Positions 10,824 through 18,258 of a stretch of DNA of 64,000 bases are shown in pieces; the first letter of the stretch is position 1, and each line of letters opens with the position of its first letter. The position numbers were made by a program, and so were the translations under genes. The notes beneath the pieces were generated by a model. It did no database searches, had not been told where the DNA came from, and saw only the letters and a list, made by a program, of their open reading frames with translations. The DNA lies in the NCBI GenBank assembly GCA_045590555.1, contig JAZNRC010000023.1, positions 2,915 through 66,914 of the forward strand, written 5' to 3'. This DNA is from Lachnospiraceae bacterium. Its GTDB lineage: Bacteria > Bacillota > Clostridia > Lachnospirales > Lachnospiraceae.

Positions 10824-11516
10824 CTAAACTCCTCCGTATCTCCTAAAAGTTTCAGATAAATAATATTTTGAAAAAGTAATTCTCTGCATATGTTTTATAT
10901 CCAGAGTATCTTTTACAAATTCAGGTAGAAATTCCGTATATTTTACCTCTAAAAGATTCTGCCCCAAAGGAAGAATCGGTTGCATAAAAATGTCTTTTTC
11001 AAAAAAATGTTCCACATCTTCCGAAAAACATATATTCCGGTCAATGGTGATTCTCACATCACCGTCCGGATGAACATAGGGCTCTCGTTCATACTCCACG
11101 ATTACCCGGGGACGCAGATATTTTGTATGGTAAAGATACAAAAATCGGTTTATCAGTAAATTACCGGTAGGATATTCAAGTTCTTCCCCCTTATCCTCCA
11201 TAAGCTTTTGGCAAAACTCCCGGTTAATTAACGCTTTTTCTTTATGTATTTTACCGTTTACCTTCTGCTTACATTCCAAATGAATCACTGACGCATCGCA
11301 ATTGTAAATTCGGATCCTGTATTTGGTTCTGTTATCCACACCTCTTGCATTATCGGAATATGCCGAATTATCATAATCATCGAAGTAGAGGCTTCTTATA
11401 TTGTACCGATTCATCACATCTGTATGCGTGTCCGCCTCGCACAATTCCCGTAAATGCATTTTCAGATATTCTTCCTGCACGGAAGAAATCATATATTTAT
11501 TTTCATTACGAAACAT
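10824..11516 (-). CDS. VTC (polyphosphate polymerase) domain protein, CYTH-like
   Basis: RNENKY, YNIRSLYFDD, KYRIRIY, LECKQK, YEREPY, VRITID, LEVKY, FSKY. Confidence 0.88.
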   Translation of the reverse strand: MFRNENKYMISSVQEEYLKMHLRELCEADTHTDVMNRYNIRSLYFDDYDNSAYSDNARGVDNRTKYRIRIYNCDASVIHLECKQKVNGKIHKEKALINREFCQKLMEDKGEELEYPTGNLLINRFLYLYHTKYLRPRVIVEYEREPYVHPDGDVRITIDRNICFSEDVEHFFEKDIFMQPILPLGQNLLEVKYTEFLPEFVKDTLDIKHMQRITFSKYYLSETFRRYGGV

Positions 11517-11539
11517 TTTATCCTCACTTTTTTAGAATA

Positions 11540-12211
11540 CTATTCCTGCGACCATGGAAGGTCGGAAACCGTAAATGTCATTTCTTTCTTCGTCTTCGGA
11601 TGTATAAACGTTAATTCACAGGCACATAGTTTGAGTGAAGACGATTTTGACACCATACCGTATTTGGTATCGCCCAAAATAGGATGTCCCACCGCCGCCA
11701 TCTGCACGCGAATCTGATGATGTCTTCCGGTATACAGCTTTATCGCAATTTGTGAACAGACTTCACCATCTGATTCCAACTCTTTTTCCACTTTGTAAAA
11801 AAGTTTAGACTTTTTACCGGAGGCTGATACATAAGACTTATTTGCTTTCACGTCCTTTTGCAGAAAATGCTCTAAAACCGCTTCCGCGGGATTCATTACC
11901 CCATGCACCAGCGCCTTATATTGCTTATTCATCCTTCCATCCTGTACCTGGGAAGAAAGACAAGCTGCTGCCGCCTGATTCTTTGCAAACACTAAAACCC
12001 CGCTTACCGGCTGGTCCAAGCGATGCACCACACCAAGGTAGGGCTCTTTGCTTCCGTTTCTGCCCATGGATACATTCTCTGTCCGGGCAAGATAATTTTT
12101 TAATTCACTCACCATATCCTGCTGTCCCACGCCGGCAGTCTGCACTGCAATTCCCGCAGGCTTATAACACACCAGAATATCTTTGTCTTCAAATAAAATT
12201 TCCGTTTTCAT
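11540..12211 (-). CDS. RluA family pseudouridine synthase
   Basis: VHRLDQPVSG catalytic motif, TGRHHQIRVQMA..GHPILGDTKY. Confidence 0.92.
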   Translation of the reverse strand: MKTEILFEDKDILVCYKPAGIAVQTAGVGQQDMVSELKNYLARTENVSMGRNGSKEPYLGVVHRLDQPVSGVLVFAKNQAAAACLSSQVQDGRMNKQYKALVHGVMNPAEAVLEHFLQKDVKANKSYVSASGKKSKLFYKVEKELESDGEVCSQIAIKLYTGRHHQIRVQMAAVGHPILGDTKYGMVSKSSSLKLCACELTFIHPKTKKEMTFTVSDLPWSQE

Positions 12212-12213
12212 TG

Positions 12214-12903
12214 CTATACCTTAAACCGATAGCCTACTCCCCATATCGTTTCGATATATTCGGGTTTGTCGCTGCTACTCTCTATTTTCTCACGAATCTT
12301 CTTAATATGTACGGTTACCGTGGCAATGTCTCCTACAGACTCCATATCCCAGATTTCACGAAACAGTTCCGCTTTGGAAAATACGTGATTGGGATGTCCT
12401 GCCAGAAAAGTCAGCAAATCGAATTCCTTCGTGGTAAAAATCTTCTCTTCGCCCTCCACGAATACTCTGCGGGCAGTTTTATCAATGCGAAGACCACGGA
12501 TTTCTATTATTTCATTTTTGCTTTTTACCTGTCCCACCAAACGCTCGTAACGGGAAAGGTGTGCCTTTACGCGGGCCACCAACTCACTGGGACTGAAAGG
12601 CTTGGTCATATAATCGTCCGCACCCATGCCAAGTCCGTATACTTTATCCAAATCTTCCTTCTTGGCGCTGACCATAATAATGGGAATATCCTTCTGTTCA
12701 CGAATACTACGGCATACTTCATATCCCTCCATACCGGGTAGCATCAAATCCAGAATCACCAAATCATATTGATTTTTTAAAGCTTCTTCTGCACCTTCTG
12801 CTCCGTCTCCGCAAACGGCCACTTCAAAGCCATTCATTTCCAGATAATCCCTCTGGAGTTCAGCTATTGCCACCTCATCTTCTATAATCAGAATTTTACT
12901 CAT
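12214..12903 (-). CDS. OmpR/PhoB family response regulator
   Basis: IIEDE, LDLMLP, GADDYMTKPF, ETIWGVGYRF. Confidence 0.93.
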   Translation of the reverse strand: MSKILIIEDEVAIAELQRDYLEMNGFEVAVCGDGAEGAEEALKNQYDLVILDLMLPGMEGYEVCRSIREQKDIPIIMVSAKKEDLDKVYGLGMGADDYMTKPFSPSELVARVKAHLSRYERLVGQVKSKNEIIEIRGLRIDKTARRVFVEGEEKIFTTKEFDLLTFLAGHPNHVFSKAELFREIWDMESVGDIATVTVHIKKIREKIESSSDKPEYIETIWGVGYRFKV

Positions 12904-14603
12904 TCTACCGTTCCTCCTTCTTTGGAGTTATTTTCCTTCTCTTTTTTATTCCCGCTCTTTTTCTTTCCGCCGTCGGATTTCTTCGGATTAAAACGTTCCT
13001 TAATTCCCTTTTCCAAATCATTAATGCCGAAGTTATCCAGAGATAGTTTTTCTGCCTCTGTCTCAATTCGCTTAGCGGTATTTTTAATCATCTTTTCAAT
13101 CTTATTAAAAGGTCCGCTCTCTCCCGTTACGTCGGCAACCTCTTCCTCTATCATGCACTTACGCAGGGTAAAATGTATGGTAAGTCCTTTTCCTTCTTCC
13201 CCGGTAGCCCAGATTTCACCTCCGTGCTCCTCTACAATTTTTTTACTGATGGAAAGACCGATACCACTACCGCCCTGAGCAGAATTACGGGATGCATCCG
13301 TACGATAAAAACGCTCAAAAATCTTCTCCATATCATCCTTGGGAATTCCCTTGCCGTTATCCGCTATATCCACCCGCACCAAATTCTTCAAATCTGCTAC
13401 ATGAATCGAAATAAAAGCATCTTCCCTGCAACGATATTTAACACTGTTATTAATGATGTTATTAATGACGCGCTTTAACTGCTCCGGATCTGCCCATATC
13501 TGGACTCCGCTTTCGACTTCATTGGCATATTCAAAACGAATACCTTTCTGCTCTAAATCAAGACCGACTTCTTCAATACAGTCACCGAAATAATCCGTTA
13601 CGCTGATCTGATGAAAACGGTAAGGAATACTTTTGGCATCCAACTGGGAATACACTGTCAGCTCATTGATAAGCAAATCCATGTCATTTGCTTTATTATA
13701 AATGGTACGGATATATTTGTTCATTTTCTCCGGTGTATCCGCAACACCATCCATAATACCTTCCACATATCCTTGAATGGAAGTAATGGGCGTTTTTAAA
13801 TCATGGGAAATATTGCGGATTAATTCCCGGTTGGTCTTTTCCACCAACGCCTTTTCTTCCGCATTGCTTTTCAGCTGCTTTCTCATGCTCTCAAAATTAT
13901 CAAAAAGATCCTTAACCTCTCCTTTTTCTTTGGTAACAAGTTCTGTATCCAAGTCACCTTCGGCGATTTTCTGCATCGCAACTTTTAACTCATTCATGGG
14001 ACGGAACATACTGCGTCTCAGCCACAGAATAAGAAGAATACCCGTAACCACCAATACCAATATCATGGCAACCAGCATGGCAGTAACCAACGCCTCCGAA
14101 ACCATGGTATTTACTTTCGTTACCAGATATATACTGCCTTCACTGCCATCCGCAAATGTAAATTCCGCCTTTTTAACGAGACGACGAATATCCTTAAAAT
14201 AATACTCCAATTCCGTATCTGCCAGTCCCGTCAGCTGATGTATAACCGGATCATATTGGCTTTCTTCTGAAACATAATAAATTGACTGACCTTTCTTAAC
14301 TACCAAAAAGGCAGATACTTCACTCAGGCTCTCATCCATACCTGCAAGGAAATCCTTGTCTTCCAGCTTAGCAGGATCATTTATTGCACATTCTTCCATT
14401 ACATCGTAATGGTCACTGATAATTTCATCATAAGCCGACGCCGGATTGGATGCAAAAGAGAAACTGATACTGTCTTCTCCATAAGTATCCCTCATGCCCA
14501 ACACGACGGTAGCCCCGATAATCAGGTATGCGATGGTAGTCAACAGAATCGGCAAAACCACTATTATTATAAAAGTAATCCAAAGTTTGGTTTTTAACTT
14601 CAT
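12900..14603 (-). CDS. HAMP-domain sensor histidine kinase
   Basis: Two TM segments, ISHDLKTPITSIQGY H-box, NIINNSVKY, DNGKGI, GGSGIGLSI; start MKLKTK. Confidence 0.93.
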   Translation of the reverse strand: MKLKTKLWITFIIIVVLPILLTTIAYLIIGATVVLGMRDTYGEDSISFSFASNPASAYDEIISDHYDVMEECAINDPAKLEDKDFLAGMDESLSEVSAFLVVKKGQSIYYVSEESQYDPVIHQLTGLADTELEYYFKDIRRLVKKAEFTFADGSEGSIYLVTKVNTMVSEALVTAMLVAMILVLVVTGILLILWLRRSMFRPMNELKVAMQKIAEGDLDTELVTKEKGEVKDLFDNFESMRKQLKSNAEEKALVEKTNRELIRNISHDLKTPITSIQGYVEGIMDGVADTPEKMNKYIRTIYNKANDMDLLINELTVYSQLDAKSIPYRFHQISVTDYFGDCIEEVGLDLEQKGIRFEYANEVESGVQIWADPEQLKRVINNIINNSVKYRCREDAFISIHVADLKNLVRVDIADNGKGIPKDDMEKIFERFYRTDASRNSAQGGSGIGLSISKKIVEEHGGEIWATGEEGKGLTIHFTLRKCMIEEEVADVTGESGPFNKIEKMIKNTAKRIETEAEKLSLDNFGINDLEKGIKERFNPKKSDGGKKKSGNKKEKENNSKEGGTVE

Positions 14604-14756
14604 AGCTCTATCCCACTCTTGATTTTTATCTTCCCCCAGTATAACATAAACCGCAGAGAGCATAGGATATTTTTTCTAAAATTTTTATAAAAAAGCCATA
14701 AAACGCCGATGCTGTTTCCGTATCTATATCAGATAGCCCATTTAAAGGAGGTTTTT

Positions 14757-16070
14757 ATGAAAAAAAGATATCTTCGTTACATAGCAATACTCACTTTAAT
14801 TCCCTTACTATTCATAACCGGTTGCGGCAACAACCCTGCCTTTGAATTTAATATTATGGATGAGTTATTTGCAGAATTTGAAGAACCGGAAGAACCCGAC
14901 GTTGAAATTCCCTCAGACTATGAAAGACCCATACTTGCCGAGGATATGAATGAAGCCTATGTGGATTTTTCCATTGAATTATTCAAAAGAAGCCTGGCCG
15001 AAGGTGAAAACTCCATGATTTCTCCGGCTTCCGTGGAATTTGCCCTGGTGATGGCATTAAACGGTGCCGACAATGAAACTCTAACGGAAATGCTCACCAT
15101 ACTTTGTCCCGGTGCAACTCAGGAAGAAATCAATGCTTTTGTACAGGATTTGGACGATATGCTTACCTACAGTGAAAGTACTGCTTTTAATATTGCCAAC
15201 TCCATATGGTGTAACGAAAGTGTTTTAGGCGATTGTTTAAATGAAAGTTTTGCAGACGCCTTAAAAGAAGATATGAATGCAGAAGCTTATATGCTTCCTT
15301 TTAATGATAAAGCCGTAAAAGAAATCAATAACTGGGTGGATGATAATACAAACGGAATGATTACCGAACTTCTGGATGAAATCCCCCCCGAAGCGGCAAT
15401 GTATTTAATCAACGCCATTGCTTTTGAAGGCGAGTGGGAAGAAGCTTACGAAGATTATCAGATTAAAGAAGATGGCATTTTCAATAATGCTGCAGGTGAA
15501 GAAGAGCAGGCCAGAATGTTAAAAGAAACCGGCTCCCATTATTTTGAAAATGAAGATGCCGTTGGTTTTATGAAATATTATGACGGCAGAGACTATGCTT
15601 TTCTTGCCATGCTTCCTAAGGAAGAGGGAGCCATTGAGGATTTTGTTAATGAAATGACTGCGGAAGACTATATGACCTTTTATAAAAGCCATACCACGGA
15701 ATACGACGTAATAACGGAATTACCCTGTTTTACCTACTCTTATGATGTGACTATGAACGATGCTCTCATAGATATGGGCATGCAGACTCCTTTTTCGGAA
15801 GATTATGCCGATTTTTCTCTTATGGTCACTGACCCGGAAGTAGAATTATATATCAACAGAGTGATGCATAAGACCTATATTGAATTAGATGAAAACGGCA
15901 CCAAGGCCGCAGCGGTTACTGCAGTGGAAATGAACTGCGAATCCTGTGCAGAACCGGAACTTCGTGAAGTAAAGGAAGTCATTCTGGACAGACCTTTTGT
16001 CTATGCCATTGTGGATGTGGAAACCGGTTTACCGGTATTCATCGGAACCGTGAATTCGGTTGCGAAATAA
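14757..16070 (+). CDS. Serpin family lipoprotein
   Basis: Lipobox ITGC; NSMISPAS, INNWVDDNTNGMI, LINAIAFEGEW, ELDENGTKAAAVT hinge, DRPFVY signature; AAGGAGG RBS before ATG 14757. Confidence 0.93.
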   Translation: MKKRYLRYIAILTLIPLLFITGCGNNPAFEFNIMDELFAEFEEPEEPDVEIPSDYERPILAEDMNEAYVDFSIELFKRSLAEGENSMISPASVEFALVMALNGADNETLTEMLTILCPGATQEEINAFVQDLDDMLTYSESTAFNIANSIWCNESVLGDCLNESFADALKEDMNAEAYMLPFNDKAVKEINNWVDDNTNGMITELLDEIPPEAAMYLINAIAFEGEWEEAYEDYQIKEDGIFNNAAGEEEQARMLKETGSHYFENEDAVGFMKYYDGRDYAFLAMLPKEEGAIEDFVNEMTAEDYMTFYKSHTTEYDVITELPCFTYSYDVTMNDALIDMGMQTPFSEDYADFSLMVTDPEVELYINRVMHKTYIELDENGTKAAAVTAVEMNCESCAEPELREVKEVILDRPFVYAIVDVETGLPVFIGTVNSVAK

Positions 16071-16097
16071 GAGGTCGCATCTGACAGAATTATAAAT

Positions 16098-16231
16098 AAA
16101 AGCAATATATCAATTCTTCGCGGGGACGCTCTCGCTTGGTTGTCCCACGTAGCGGCACCTAGGGTTGCAAAATACGCAACCCAAATGCCGACGGGTACAA
16201 ACACCCCTTAAAGAAATGATATATTGCTTTT
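16098..16231 (+). repeat. Long-hairpin dispersed element, copy E1 (ACGCTCTCGCT family)
   Basis: 15-bp outer IR AAAAGCAATATATCA/TGATATATTGCTTTT enclosing nested stems; shares a 25-nt and a 19-nt exact block with 18094-18233 (reverse strand). Confidence 0.85.
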
Positions 16232-16242
16232 TTCATTTTTAC

Positions 16243-17373
16243 TTAATTCAAATCAAACGTGATATTCCAGTCACCTTTGATACTGTCGTCACGGACTTCA
16301 CCTTCTCCCCAAATAGTGCAGGTTTCCAGTTGTTCTTCCGTAATTACGAAATAGTATTCCTCCATCGATATTTTCTCATTTGCAACATCTTCCTGCCAGC
16401 CCACAGCCAGATTCGGATGGATTTGGTTGCCGGCTTCATCCAGCATATAAATGTTCATATGACGGTCTGCTTCCCTGAAATTTCCCCGGCAAAGCTGGAT
16501 GCGAAGAATACCGTCCATGTAAGCAATACCTGTGATTTTCATTTCATCAGGACTTATATTGTCCAAAGGTATATCCATTACCAGATGACCGGGACGAGGA
16601 TCAACTTCATTCCCGGGTACCGTAAGCTTATCCAGTGCCGGATGCATCTGCTCCATACCACTGCGTCCGTTCAGGCTTACGGACTTTACCTCCACGGATT
16701 GCACCATATCATTCAACCGGATTTCCTCCTGAAAGCTTTCACAATCAGTCAGTAGCTGATGCACGCTAAATTCCATTCTGTCTGTATCAAAGCTACCGTC
16801 CGTACTCATCAAATCAATCTGAAAATACGCTTTATCCTGTTCTGCATCATATTCCATAAAAGCACAACCGCCCACATTGCTGTCTTCACCGTAACTTTGC
16901 AAATTGTAACTGTCATACATATCTACCATTCCGTGTATATAATCGCTGGTGCCATCATCCGTAAAAGAGACCAAAATCTCTGCCCTATTTCCTTCCACAT
17001 ATGCAGCTTCCAAAGTAAGAACAATGCCACGGTCGGTGTCCGTTTCCTGTATGGGAATCAGATAATCCAGAAGCCCCGGTGCCTTACGCTCCAAAACCCC
17101 ATAAAATGCAGGTATGTTCTCAGCCGCAACCGGTGCTCCCAAAACAACAGACAGACAGACAATCAGCATCATTGCTGCCATCGTAGGGAGAATTCTTCGC
17201 GTTATTTTCCCGGCTGGCATTGCTTTTTTCTTCGTATTTTTATCCTGCAACAGTTCTATTTTATAATGATTTCTTTTATCAAAAGACCCTATCCACTCTG
17301 CCACCTGCGCTTCGCTAACTTCACCTTGAAAGGCAATTTTATGATAAGCACTTTTATATGTATCCTGAAACAT
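16243..17373 (-). CDS. Anti-sigma factor-like membrane protein (DUF4179 type)
   Basis: Single TM after N-terminal cytoplasmic part, TDRGIVLTLEAAY domain start; ATG overlaps the sigma stop (TAATG). Confidence 0.75.
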   Translation of the reverse strand: MFQDTYKSAYHKIAFQGEVSEAQVAEWIGSFDKRNHYKIELLQDKNTKKKAMPAGKITRRILPTMAAMMLIVCLSVVLGAPVAAENIPAFYGVLERKAPGLLDYLIPIQETDTDRGIVLTLEAAYVEGNRAEILVSFTDDGTSDYIHGMVDMYDSYNLQSYGEDSNVGGCAFMEYDAEQDKAYFQIDLMSTDGSFDTDRMEFSVHQLLTDCESFQEEIRLNDMVQSVEVKSVSLNGRSGMEQMHPALDKLTVPGNEVDPRPGHLVMDIPLDNISPDEMKITGIAYMDGILRIQLCRGNFREADRHMNIYMLDEAGNQIHPNLAVGWQEDVANEKISMEEYYFVITEEQLETCTIWGEGEVRDDSIKGDWNITFDLN

Positions 17374-17912
17374 TACACATCCTCCTTTAACCAATCTTTT
17401 AGCATTTTACGCGCTCTGGTAAGTCTGGTCCGCACATTGGAAGGCCGCAAATTAAGAGCTCCGGCAATTTCTTCAATGCTCATTTCCTCATAGTAAAAGA
17501 GGTGTATCACTGCCCTATACTTTAACGGCAGGCGTTTCACTGTTTCCACAACCAGTTCCTCTTCTTCAGTTAACTCTTTCTTCCCTTGCCCGGCATTCAT
17601 ACAATCGGTTTTACAATACCTACTGCCTGAATCTTCGTCTTCTTCCAACGAATTCATACTTACCACACGTTGTCGCCATGCTGTTTTCCATAAGTTTTTA
17701 CATAGATTGGTTGTAACACGGATAAACCACGCCCTCTCATGCTCGCTATTTTCAAAAATCGGATTCGTGCGGATATATCGCAACATAACTTCCTGTCGGA
17801 TATCCTCTGCATCCTGATTTGTTTTTACCATGGAAAAGGCAAGGCGATACACACAATCTGAATTTCTCTTTATAATCTCTGTCATTTTTTCTACGCGTAG
17901 ATCATTCTGCAT
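17373..17912 (-). CDS. ECF RNA polymerase sigma factor (sigma-70 family)
   Basis: VYRLAF..QDAEDIRQEV, AWFIRVTTNLCKN, LPLKYRAVIHLFYYEEMSIEEIA, VRTRLTRARKML. Confidence 0.92.
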   Translation of the reverse strand: MQNDLRVEKMTEIIKRNSDCVYRLAFSMVKTNQDAEDIRQEVMLRYIRTNPIFENSEHERAWFIRVTTNLCKNLWKTAWRQRVVSMNSLEEDEDSGSRYCKTDCMNAGQGKKELTEEEELVVETVKRLPLKYRAVIHLFYYEEMSIEEIAGALNLRPSNVRTRLTRARKMLKDWLKEDV

Positions 17913-17935
17913 CTCACCACCCCTTTCACTTAATA

Positions 17936-17962
17936 TACAAATCAACATTCGAAAAAGCTACA
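17936..17962 (-). promoter_or_regulatory. Possible ECF-type autoregulatory promoter
   Basis: Minus strand TGTAGC-N16-TGTAT upstream of the sigma RBS, resembling TGAAAC-N16-CGTA. Confidence 0.3.
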
Positions 17963-18000
17963 AATTCACAATTATAAAATTTTTAAATCTTTTTTACTCA

Positions 18001-18037
18001 AAAAAGCTGTACAGACCATCCAATCCATACAGCTTTT
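18001..18037 (-). terminator. Rho-independent terminator after the Mrp operon
   Basis: AAAAGCTGTA...TACAGCTTTT inverted repeat flanked by A/T runs. Confidence 0.6.
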
Positions 18038-18093
18038 CATTCACTATAATACTACCCATTCTCTTGTCTTTTTCATTTTATAAGCAATACACA

Positions 18094-18233
18094 GCCGTGA
18101 GAAGAATATATATTGCTTTAAGGGGTGTTTGTACTCGCCGGTATTTAGGCTGTGTTTTTTACAGCCTTATATACCGCTGCGTAGGACAACCAAGCGAGAG
18201 CGTCCCCGTAAGCATATATATCCTTCTCACGGC
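18094..18233 (-). repeat. Long-hairpin dispersed element, copy E2
   Basis: Outer IR GCCGTGAGAAG/CTTCTCACGGC; AGCGAGAGCGT at 18193-18203; co-linear with E1 with compensatory changes. Confidence 0.85.
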
Positions 18234-18258
18234 GTCCTCTTATAAAATAAGCGTCCCC

